From Myxococcota bacterium (GTDB lineage Bacteria > Myxococcota_A > UBA796 > UBA2385), in NCBI GenBank assembly GCA_044344255.1, contig JBIJDH010000008.1, positions 212,640 through 276,639 on the forward strand: a stretch of DNA of 64,000 bases, read 5' to 3'. The notes beneath the pieces are model-generated. The model ran no database searches. It had not been told where the DNA came from and saw nothing but the letters and a program-made list of their open reading frames with translations. The translations under genes were made by a program, and so were the position numbers. Shown piece after piece: positions 56,398 through 64,000 of this stretch. Within the stretch, counting starts at the first letter, position 1, and each line of letters opens with the position of its first letter.

Positions 56398-56764
56398 GAG
56401 CCGGCGCCAGCGATGGAGGGTTGCCACTTCAAGCGAGGCATGGTCTGCGGGCAGATTGAAGCTCCACCTCCTCGCCCTCAAACCAGCTCCTGCCGCCAGG
56501 CACCGCCTCTCGTCCGATCCGAATGTCCGGCGCAGCCTTTTGTCCAACTCCGGCGACTGACGCGGGAGCCTTGGCATCACCGACGTGCGTTGAAGTGGGA
56601 GATGGCGAAGATGAGAGTAAGGTCGCTCGAACATCTGGAACGGCGGGGCCGAGCTGGGCATCTGTGAGGCCAAGCCCAGGGAGCCGCTCGTGCTCCCACT
56701 ATCGGTCGGAGACCGGCACGACGGGTACCTCCCGGCTGTCGTGTGGCACGTTCGGCACCGGTCC
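56398..56764. repeat. MITE-like element, copy 2
   Basis: Colinear with 54833-55216; shares the terminal ggcaccggtcc; right end about 17 nt shorter. Confidence 0.8.
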
Positions 56765-56769
56765 GACGC

Positions 56770-57528
56770 TCAGCAGCGCAGCCGCAACAGCTCGCGCGAC
56801 CGTTCGTGCGCCGCAGGAGACTCGAAGCCCTTGCCGGTGGAGTGCGCCCACGCCTTCTCGATCTGCGCGACGGCGTCGGGAGTGGCGCACGCCGTGTCTC
56901 CGTGATCGACCTCGACCTTGCCGATGCGGCGCGCCGTCGCGAGCGCGTGTTGGCGCAGGGCCTCGTTGCGGCACCCGACGCTGATGACGGCGCGGATCAT
57001 GCTGACGCGGTGATCGTTCGGCGCGGTGTGGATCGTGCGCGCGATCGTGTCGAGCCCCGTCTCGAACCACGCGTCCGGGGCCGTCGTGTCCACCAGCGCG
57101 AGGTGACCGAGGAGCGACCACCCAGCCGAGCGCTCCCAGGGGTCGGCGGCGCCGATCCACCGCGCGGCCTTTGCGGCGGCGTGCGGCCCCTCGGCCGCGA
57201 GCATCGCGATGTAGGATGTACACGCTGGCGTCGTGTCCGAGCCGCGTGCCCACCGATCGAGCTCGTCCGCGGACATCTGGGCAGGGTCGGCGATCTTCGC
57301 GGCGAGGTTGCGCGCGTCGTAGTTCCCGGAGCCCCACAGCGCCACGGCCAGCGCGTGGTCAACGCCGATGCGCTTGCGCAGGGTCTTCAACGTCGCGAAG
57401 CTGACGCCGAACATCGGCCCGGTGATGCCGTGGCGGGCGTAGGTCTTGCGGGTCTGCTCGGAGCCGGCGGCCTCGAGCGCGGACATCGCCTCGGCGAAGC
57501 TCATGGCGGGAGGGGAGGATTGCTTCAT
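56770..57528 (-). CDS. DNA alkylation repair protein (AlkD-like HEAT repeat)
   Basis: YARHG..MFGV....LK.L.K.IGVDHALAVALW.SGNYDARNLA; IGKVEVDHGDTACATPDA; start may be ATG 57504. Confidence 0.85.
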   Translation of the reverse strand: MKQSSPPAMSFAEAMSALEAAGSEQTRKTYARHGITGPMFGVSFATLKTLRKRIGVDHALAVALWGSGNYDARNLAAKIADPAQMSADELDRWARGSDTTPACTSYIAMLAAEGPHAAAKAARWIGAADPWERSAGWSLLGHLALVDTTAPDAWFETGLDTIARTIHTAPNDHRVSMIRAVISVGCRNEALRQHALATARRIGKVEVDHGDTACATPDAVAQIEKAWAHSTGKGFESPAAHERSRELLRLRC

Positions 57529-57604
57529 CCCCCTGGACTATCGGGGCGGATGAAGGCCGGCGAGGAGGGACGGCGTGGACCTCCCGTCGAGGGGGGAGCG
57601 TCGC

Positions 57605-57762
57605 GAGCCGGTACCCGCGATGGAGGGTTGCCACTTCAAGCGGGGCACGGTCTGCGGGCAGACTGGAGGCCCACTGCCTCGCCCCCAAACCAGCTCCTGC
57701 CGCCAGGCACCGCCTCTCGTCCGATCCGGGTGTCCAGCACAGCCCTTTGTCCCACCCCCGGG
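57605..57762. repeat. MITE-like element, copy 3 (left ~155 bp only)
   Basis: gagccgg..gcgatggagggttgccacttcaagcggggca...caccgcctctcgtccgatcc matches the left half of copies 1 and 2. Confidence 0.8.
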
Positions 57763-57772
57763 GGCGCCCGTC

Positions 57773-59131
57773 TCAGTCCCCCTCACAGACGTAACGAGTG
57801 ACCTCGAGCGCGTCGATCAAGTGGTAGTTCGTCGCCCCGCCCGTCGCCGCGGTGAAGCCCACATAGGCCGGGAAGGCGTAGGTCCCGGCGATGTCCTGGT
57901 CGATGTAGGTGACGCCGTCGATCACCACCGTGACGTGCGGGGCGATGACCGAGACCTGCATCGTATGCCAGGCCCCGTCCTCCATCTCCGGGAGGGTGGC
58001 CCAGGCGTAGACCGTGTAGGGGTAGCCGTCGAAGAGGAAGGAGACGTGGTCGTCGGGGGTGGGATCGCCGAGCTCCGGGTTGTACCAGGTGTCCACCTCG
58101 ATGCTCCAGCCCGGCAGCCCGGCGTAACCAATGCCGCCGCCGGAGTCGCCGACGAAGCTGGTCATCCGTGTGGTGTCGAGGGCGGTGAGCGAGAAGCCAT
58201 CCGCGCCCGAGCCGCCGCTCACATAGAAGGAGAAGTCGACCACCACGTTGTCGGCGGGCACGGTGGCGGCGGTCTGAAAGGCGGTGCCGGACTGGGTGTT
58301 GAGCGGCTTTGTGATCTCGACCCAGCCATTCGTGCTGTCATAGAGGGCGGAGCCCTCGAAGTGCCAGGTGGTGAGGTCGAGGGAGTCGGCCGAGTAGCCC
58401 TCGTCCTGGCAGAAGGAGACCGTATCGGATGCGCTCTGTCCACAGGCGTCCGTAACGGTGAGGGTGACGCTGTGGGTGCCGGCCGAGCGGGCCGCGCTGT
58501 CCCAGAGGTAGGCGCTGCTGCCGTCGGGGGCCGCGAGGTCGGTGGAGAGCAGCCCGTCGACGTCGCTCGACCAGGAGAGCTCGAGGAGCTCGGCGCCGCC
58601 GTCGTCGCTGAGCTGGCCGAGCAGGGTGGTGACCGCGCTCACGGGGAGGACAGAGCCGTCGAGCGGATCGACGATCTCGGCGGTGGGCGGCGCGTCGACC
58701 TCGCCGGCGAGCGGGATCTCCAACGCCGGCTCGTCGGGGTCGTTCGAGGTGAGGGTGAAGACCCCGGGGCCCTCGCCCCCGGTGACCGTGAAGGGGGTGG
58801 TCTCGCCCGGGAGGAGGGTCACCGGCAGGGTGAAGGCCCCGAGCGTCCAGCCCTCGCCCTCTACCGTCGCCGCGCTCAGCGTGAGGGCGGCGTCCCCCTC
58901 GTTGGCCACGGTCACGACCGTGTCGACGGGCTCTGGGGCCACCCCACAGCGGGTGCCGAGGTCAATGGCGGAGGGATCGGCCGCGATGTCGGGGAGGCCG
59001 GCGTCGGGCACCACGGGCTCGCCCGTGTCCTCCGGGGTGGGTGAGGGCTCCTCCTCCCCCTTGAGCGAGTAGTCCGAGCAGCCGAGCCCAAGACAGAGGA
59101 GCAGCAAGCGGGCGCGGGGATAATCGCTCAT
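57773..59131 (-). CDS. Lipoprotein with Ig-like (choice-of-anchor D / PKD-like) domains and a C-terminal L-type lectin domain
   Basis: LGCSDY lipobox; VANEGDAALTL, SNDPDEP, WSSDVDG; GADGFS, IEVDTWYN, DGAWH, VGFTAATGG. Confidence 0.85.
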   Translation of the reverse strand: MSDYPRARLLLLCLGLGCSDYSLKGEEEPSPTPEDTGEPVVPDAGLPDIAADPSAIDLGTRCGVAPEPVDTVVTVANEGDAALTLSAATVEGEGWTLGAFTLPVTLLPGETTPFTVTGGEGPGVFTLTSNDPDEPALEIPLAGEVDAPPTAEIVDPLDGSVLPVSAVTTLLGQLSDDGGAELLELSWSSDVDGLLSTDLAAPDGSSAYLWDSAARSAGTHSVTLTVTDACGQSASDTVSFCQDEGYSADSLDLTTWHFEGSALYDSTNGWVEITKPLNTQSGTAFQTAATVPADNVVVDFSFYVSGGSGADGFSLTALDTTRMTSFVGDSGGGIGYAGLPGWSIEVDTWYNPELGDPTPDDHVSFLFDGYPYTVYAWATLPEMEDGAWHTMQVSVIAPHVTVVIDGVTYIDQDIAGTYAFPAYVGFTAATGGATNYHLIDALEVTRYVCEGD

Positions 59132-59193
59132 GGACACCTCGGAGCCCGCAGTCTATCAGAGCTCCCCGACCCAGGCGGGGGCGAGTCGGCCGC

Positions 59194-60429
59194 TCAGGGA
59201 GCCGGCGCCGCCCCCTCGGGCGCCCGCAGGGGGGGCACCACCCGCGCCCGCTGCAGCAGGACGGTGTAAGGCTCGCCAACCCCGCTCGTGTCGGCGGCGC
59301 CGAGGGTCAGAGCCTCGGCCAAGGCCGCGAGCCCGACCTCCCCGAGGCTGCGATCCACCCCCTCACAGCGGACCGGGCCGGGAAGGGCGACGGGCTCCAC
59401 GCCGGCCGACAGCGCACACTCACAGTCCATCGACAGCAGCGCCAGCCGACAGGCGACCCGCTCCTCCCCCGCGACCCCGCTGGGCGCGCCCTCGCGCACG
59501 AGCAGGGGCCGCCCCTCCTCCCCGCGCGTGGCGCCGTTGAAGCCGTAGGCGAGGCTGGTGACCGCGGTGTGCAGGGCCTTCTCGCGGCGGAGCGTGGCGC
59601 GGAGCGGGTAGGTCTCGAGGGCCCCCTCCGCCGAAGGGAGCCCCACCTCGATCGAGACGGTGGTGAGGCCGTCCGCCGAGGCCAGCTCCCAGGTGGCGCC
59701 GGGGATGAGCGGGAGCAGGGGATCGGCCTTGGCCTCGCCGACGACGACGAAGAGGGTGGTCTCGACCGCGAGCGGACCCCGCGTGGCGCGTGCGGGGACG
59801 GGGAGGAGCCCCACCACCTCCCCTTCGACGCGGCGGTGGGCCGCCTCGATCTGCCAGAGGTGCGCGTCCGGGCCCTCCATCCGCAAGGTGAGGTCGAGCC
59901 CGCGACCGACGTGCAGATCGGATGCACCCCCGAGCACAACATGGGGCAGCGCGCCGAGCTCGAGCAGCCAGTGGCCATGCGCGACGCCGACCTGGGAGAC
60001 CCCCCAGGGCAAGAGCGCGAAGGCGAGCCGGCCGGCCGAGCGGGCCCGCCAGGCGACGAGCGCGAAGGCCGCCGCCCCAAGCCCCGCCGCCGTGACATCG
60101 ACCAACCAGAGCTCCGGGAAGGCGCTCACCCAGGAGCCGGCGTCCGACCCCCGGTTAGCCACGAGGAGCAGCAACCCGAGGGGGAGGAAAGAGGCGAGGG
60201 CCAGGGCCGGCCGGAGCAGGCGGGTGGGCGGTGCGGGCCGACGGGTGCCCGCGCGACCGACCAGCACGCCCACCGCCGTGAGCAGGGCCACCGCGGCGCC
60301 GAGCGCCCCTACGAGCGTGATCCCACCGTCTGCGGTGTAGCGGTGGCCCGCGTCTTCGACGGTGAGCACCACGCTGTCCAACAGGGCGGCCAGCGGGGTG
60401 TCGGGGCTTTGAGCCAATTCGGGCGACAT
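59194..60429 (-). CDS. Hypothetical membrane protein
   Basis: About four hydrophobic segments; follows the DUF4956 gene in the same orientation. Confidence 0.55.
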   Translation of the reverse strand: MSPELAQSPDTPLAALLDSVVLTVEDAGHRYTADGGITLVGALGAAVALLTAVGVLVGRAGTRRPAPPTRLLRPALALASFLPLGLLLLVANRGSDAGSWVSAFPELWLVDVTAAGLGAAAFALVAWRARSAGRLAFALLPWGVSQVGVAHGHWLLELGALPHVVLGGASDLHVGRGLDLTLRMEGPDAHLWQIEAAHRRVEGEVVGLLPVPARATRGPLAVETTLFVVVGEAKADPLLPLIPGATWELASADGLTTVSIEVGLPSAEGALETYPLRATLRREKALHTAVTSLAYGFNGATRGEEGRPLLVREGAPSGVAGEERVACRLALLSMDCECALSAGVEPVALPGPVRCEGVDRSLGEVGLAALAEALTLGAADTSGVGEPYTVLLQRARVVPPLRAPEGAAPAP

Positions 60430-60463
60430 AGAACGCGGGCCTCGTCCAGGAGAGCCAGCCGAT

Positions 60464-61168
60464 TCAGTCGCTCTCCCCGGAGCCGTGCTCATCGGCAGAC
60501 ATGATGATCCTCTCTACCCCCTCCACGCCGGCGAGCGCTCGGAGAAAGTCGTTCTGCTGTCGGTCGTCCTTGAGGATGACCCGCCAACGGTACGAGAGCG
60601 TCTCGCCGAAGCGCATCGACCGCGTCTCCATCAGCCACCGACGCTTGACGTACTGCTCCAGCACGGGCTCGATACGGCTCTCGATCTCGTTGTAGGCCGC
60701 GACGTCGGTGCGCAGCACGCTCACCTTGGTGCGCAGGCCCCCGAGGGGGGTGAGCGAGAGGGCGAGCACGGCGAGGGTGACCACCAGGGTGCCCCCGAAG
60801 GCCACCGGCCAGCCGGCCGTCCCCGCCGCGGTGCCGGCGGCGAGCGAGAAGAAGACGAAGGAGATGTCCCAGGGGGTCTGGAGCTGGGTGCGGAAGCGGA
60901 TGATCGACAGCGCGCCGACGAGGGAGAAGGCGCGGGCGAGGTTGTTGCCCACCACCATCATCACCATCGAGGAGACCAGCGTGAGCAGCACGAGCATGCC
61001 CATCGTCGCCGGCGGCACGATGCGCTCGGCCACGCTGACCCGGTAGACCACCGAGACGATGAGCCCGAGGACGAGCGACACCACCATCCCCTGGATGACC
61101 TCGGGGAGGGAGAGGCTCGTGGCGGTGACCGAAGAGAAGGCGAGGTCGAAGCCAGACTGCGGGTTCAA
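60464..61168 (-). CDS. DUF4956 family membrane protein
   Basis: VGNNLARAFSLVGALSIIRFRT; TTG start overlaps the VTC gene stop. Confidence 0.88.
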   Translation of the reverse strand: MNPQSGFDLAFSSVTATSLSLPEVIQGMVVSLVLGLIVSVVYRVSVAERIVPPATMGMLVLLTLVSSMVMMVVGNNLARAFSLVGALSIIRFRTQLQTPWDISFVFFSLAAGTAAGTAGWPVAFGGTLVVTLAVLALSLTPLGGLRTKVSVLRTDVAAYNEIESRIEPVLEQYVKRRWLMETRSMRFGETLSYRWRVILKDDRQQNDFLRALAGVEGVERIIMSADEHGSGESD

Positions 61169-62025
61169 CGGGCGGCCTCCGGGAGCTCAGCCAAGGTCCC
61201 CAACCGGGGGGCCGCACGGGCGCCGAGCACCGAGACAGGGGTGAGGGCCCGCAGCTCGGCGGGTCGGGAGGCACGGACCCCCTGCGCGACGCTGAGGCCG
61301 AATTTGGAGACCGACTCGGCGTGGAGGTGAAGCTCTCGGGCGAGCCGATCCATCCAGCCAGGGCGGATGTCGCGGAACTTGAGCTCGAGGACCATCCAGC
61401 CGCGGGGGATGATGGGGTAGCCGGGCGCGCAGGTGATGTCGTGGACGTCGGGCCGCTCGGTGGCGGTGCAGTCGTGATCCATCGTCAGGCGGGCCTCGGC
61501 GTCGTCGCCCTGGGTGGGGACGAAGACCTCACGCACATAGTGCACCGACGAGACCGGCACGCGGCCGCCCTGTTCGATCAGCCAGCTGATGTGCTCGGCG
61601 GCGAAGCGGTGCTTGGCCTTCAGCTTGGGGATGAAGGCCCGCCAGGGGGTGTCCCCCGCGGTGCGCCGGTACTCCCCGTAGGTGCAGAGCTTGGCCCGCT
61701 GCTTGACCACGAGGGTCTCGTACTTTCGCTTGTTCTCCATGAACACGGGGGCGGCGTCGCCCGGCTCGCCGTAGGTGCGCACCCGGAGGCGGTCGCGCAC
61801 ATTCTTGTTCGCGAGGCGGTCAAAGTAGTCATCGAGGCGCGGGGTGTCGAAGTACAGGCTGTGGACGGTGTAGCCGCGGGCACCGGTGCCCTCCAGCGGG
61901 GCGCCGAGCAGCGTGGCGTGGGGATCGGGCGTGACGTAGCCCTTGAGCGCGGCGAGGATGTCCCCGCGCAGGCTGGCGGGGACCGCGTACTTCATCTCGA
62001 AGCGGCCAGCCTCGTACTCGATCAT
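61165..62025 (-). CDS. VTC domain (polyphosphate polymerase-like) protein
   Basis: RFEMKY, YTVHSLYFDT, RLRVRTY, ENKRK, VKQR, RLTMD, VLELKF, SKF. Confidence 0.9.
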   Translation of the reverse strand: MIEYEAGRFEMKYAVPASLRGDILAALKGYVTPDPHATLLGAPLEGTGARGYTVHSLYFDTPRLDDYFDRLANKNVRDRLRVRTYGEPGDAAPVFMENKRKYETLVVKQRAKLCTYGEYRRTAGDTPWRAFIPKLKAKHRFAAEHISWLIEQGGRVPVSSVHYVREVFVPTQGDDAEARLTMDHDCTATERPDVHDITCAPGYPIIPRGWMVLELKFRDIRPGWMDRLARELHLHAESVSKFGLSVAQGVRASRPAELRALTPVSVLGARAAPRLGTLAELPEAAR

Positions 62026-63167
62026 CAGGCGCCCCCCGTGACGCGTCGCCAGATCGCGCTCCAGGTGCCACCGCCCTGGAGCTCCACCCGCACATCCCCC
62101 ATCATGCCGGGGCGCAAGGCGCCGTCCCGGTTCTCGACCTTCGCGGTGGCCCAGAAGACTTGGTAGCCGTTGAGCGTGGAGGCCGAGGCCGACACGTCGG
62201 TGACCACGCCCGAGAAGGCGCGCCCCGGCTGCGCCGCGGTGTCGAATTGAACGGCCGACCCCGTCTGGATGCGCGGCCGGTCCACCATGGGCACCGGCAT
62301 TCGGACATAGACCGAGGCGACGTCCTGCACGCGGAGGAGGGTCGTGCCATCGATGCTCCCGCCGAGAGACACCACGCCGCCGATCGGAGAGGTGAGCTCG
62401 TCTTGAGACTGCACCGCCTCGATCTCGGCGAGGCCGGACTCGGCGGCCCGGATCTGGGCGTCGAGGGCTGCGAGGGCCTCCGGGCGAGCGGAGGAGCGGG
62501 CGACCTGGATCGCCGCCTCCGCCACCGCGATCTCCTGGGCGAGCACCTTGTCGGTCAGCTCGAGCGCCTGGAGCTCGGCCTCCGAGGCCGCCGCCTGCTC
62601 CACCAGCCCGCGGACCCGGTCGAGCTCGGCGCGGTTCTGCTCCCGGCGGGCGACGGCGAGGTCGCGATTGCGGGAGGCCTGCTGGACCTCCTCCGGACGG
62701 GCCCCCGCGGCGAGCAGGGCCTTGTTCTGGCTCAGGGCCTCCTTGGAGGCCTCGAGCTGGAGCCGCTTCCGCTCATTCCGCGGGGTCTTGACCCGGGCGA
62801 CGATCGCGCCGGCGGCGACGACGACCCCGCTCTGGACACCCTCTTCGAGCGTCAGCTCAACCAGATCACTCTGATCGAAGCGGATCACCTTCTCAGAGAC
62901 GATGCCGGGCCCCACCGCCGAGCCGCTGTCTTCGAGGCTCCAGGCGTACTGTCCCGGCCCGACGGCGGAGAGGGTGAAGGTCTGGTTCGCGAGCACGAGC
63001 GCGCGCTGCTGCAGCTCCGTCCCGCCGCCGAGGCGCCCCGTGCCCGCGAGGCCAAGGCCGAGGCCAAGGATGGCCACGACGGCCGACAATCCCATGAGGA
63101 GGCGGGCTCCTGAGCCAGAGTTTGCCACGGGTTCAGCGACCCCTCGGGAGGAGCGCCGCGCAATCAC
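62025..63167 (-). CDS. HlyD/RND-type periplasmic adaptor protein
   Basis: N-terminal TM, coiled hairpin with GARPEE, LTSPIGGVV, LRPGMMG. Confidence 0.85.
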   Translation of the reverse strand: MIARRSSRGVAEPVANSGSGARLLMGLSAVVAILGLGLGLAGTGRLGGGTELQQRALVLANQTFTLSAVGPGQYAWSLEDSGSAVGPGIVSEKVIRFDQSDLVELTLEEGVQSGVVVAAGAIVARVKTPRNERKRLQLEASKEALSQNKALLAAGARPEEVQQASRNRDLAVARREQNRAELDRVRGLVEQAAASEAELQALELTDKVLAQEIAVAEAAIQVARSSARPEALAALDAQIRAAESGLAEIEAVQSQDELTSPIGGVVSLGGSIDGTTLLRVQDVASVYVRMPVPMVDRPRIQTGSAVQFDTAAQPGRAFSGVVTDVSASASTLNGYQVFWATAKVENRDGALRPGMMGDVRVELQGGGTWSAIWRRVTGGA

Positions 63168-63302
63168 CCGCCAAAGGACCCGTCTCCGACCCCATCATCC
63201 GCTCCTCGACTACACCCTCTACCCAACAAGGCCCGGTGCCGGCCACCACAGCCGGCCACCGGTGCCGGGCGCCACACGCTACAGGACAGCATAGTGTCTC
63301 GC

Positions 63303-63324
63303 ATGTCATCCCGTTGTCACAATT
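63303..63324 (+). promoter_or_regulatory. Putative Pho box in a divergent intergenic region
   Basis: ATGTCAT-CCCG-TTGTCAC-AATT, 11-bp period. Confidence 0.62.
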
Positions 63325-63368
63325 CCGAACGCGACCCGACAAGCCTTCGCGCTTTGGGAGCACCCCGC

Positions 63369-64000
63369 ATGTCCGAGCTCCACAAGATCTTGAGCGCGTC
63401 GCTGATCGGGGCGCTCAGCCTCTTTGCTCCCCGGGGCGCCGAGGCGAGCGTGGACGGCACCTGCGCCTCCTGGGGCCAGCCCGTGCAGGCGGGCGTCGTG
63501 GAGGACGAGTCGGTAGACCAGCTCTCCGGGCTCGCGGCCAGCCACGCCTGGCCCGGGGTCCTGTGGGCCCAGGAGGACGCCGGCGAGGAGGCGAAGCTGC
63601 TCGTGCTCGCCTCGAACGGTGAGAAGCTGGGCCGCATCGACGTCACCGGGGCGACGAACACCGACTGGGAAGACCTCGCGCTCGGCCCCTGCACGTCGCT
63701 CGAAGCCGAAGAGGCCTGCGCCTGCCTCTACATCGCTGACATCGGAGGGAACAACCTGAACCGCACCGAGGGCGTGATCTGGCGCCTGCCGGAGCCCGAC
63801 CCCGAGGACGACGTCACCGCCGAGGCCACCGCGATCCGCTTCCGCTACCCCGACGACGGCCACGACGCCGAGGCCCTGATCGTCCTGCCCGGCAGCGGCG
63901 AACTCTTCATCCTCACGAAGGAGGTGGGCTTCCCGGCACAGCTCTTCACCTTTGACGGCCCGGGAGATCCCGACCGCACGACCGACCTCCGGCTGGTGGG
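63369..64000 (+). CDS. Secreted beta-propeller-like protein, 3'-truncated (absent from the ORF track)
   Basis: GGGAG RBS; MSELHKILSASLIGALSLFAPRGAEA signal; LSGLAAS, DWEDLA, LYIADIGGN, YPDDGHDAEAL, LFILTK; open to the window end. Confidence 0.8.
   Translation, partial: MSELHKILSASLIGALSLFAPRGAEASVDGTCASWGQPVQAGVVEDESVDQLSGLAASHAWPGVLWAQEDAGEEAKLLVLASNGEKLGRIDVTGATNTDWEDLALGPCTSLEAEEACACLYIADIGGNNLNRTEGVIWRLPEPDPEDDVTAEATAIRFRYPDDGHDAEALIVLPGSGELFILTKEVGFPAQLFTFDGPGDPDRTTDLRLV

Noticed and set aside
54848..56667. Repeated 84-aa ORF (MEGCHF...RAGHL) as a duplicated gene
   Set aside because: Differences between copies are mostly non-synonymous and spread across codon positions; better explained as a non-coding repeat
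55347..57762. Integron cassette array (GTTAGC before the GGDEF start; GCCGAAC after the AlkD-like stop, minus strand)
   Set aside because: The two motifs are ~430 bp apart, too long for an attC; no matching box follows the GGDEF gene; no integrase in the window. IntegronFinder would settle it
54833..57762. CRISPR array
   Set aside because: Repeats are hundreds of bp long with gene-sized spacers; no 25-45 bp repeat-spacer periodicity was seen anywhere in the window

Overview
High-GC bacterial chromosome segment, probably Myxococcota or a related deltaproteobacterium (inferred from MYXO-CTERM-like tails, MopE-type Cys/Asp repeats and a Mx162-like retron RT). About 45 genes are supported: tatA, hutI, a complete pstSCAB-phoU operon with a Pho box, several glycoside hydrolases and secreted lipoproteins, a B12 radical SAM enzyme, rmlC, an M4 protease, a truncated globin and a HlyD/VTC/DUF4956 operon. 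The standout is an apparently intact retron locus at 27709-35876. Three translationally coupled genes (WGR+beta-propeller, WGR+HEAT/ARM, wHTH+SWIM) are followed by a ~260-nt msr-msd ncRNA with a perfect 18-bp a1/a2 inverted repeat and a long msd hairpin, then a retron RT (NAxxH, YADD, VTG). No recognisable toxic enzyme is encoded. Other notable items: a ~380-bp MITE-like repeat in three copies interleaved with two genes (54.8-57.8 kb); a sigma54-driven, atypical chaperone-usher-like operon; a secreted protein starting with a near-exact beta-tubulin peptide; a secreted PEP-synthase-like ATP-grasp lipoprotein; and a second Pho box at the VTC operon. No rRNA, tRNA, CRISPR array, integrase or transposase was seen. 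All calls come from reading the sequence by eye; no database searches were run.
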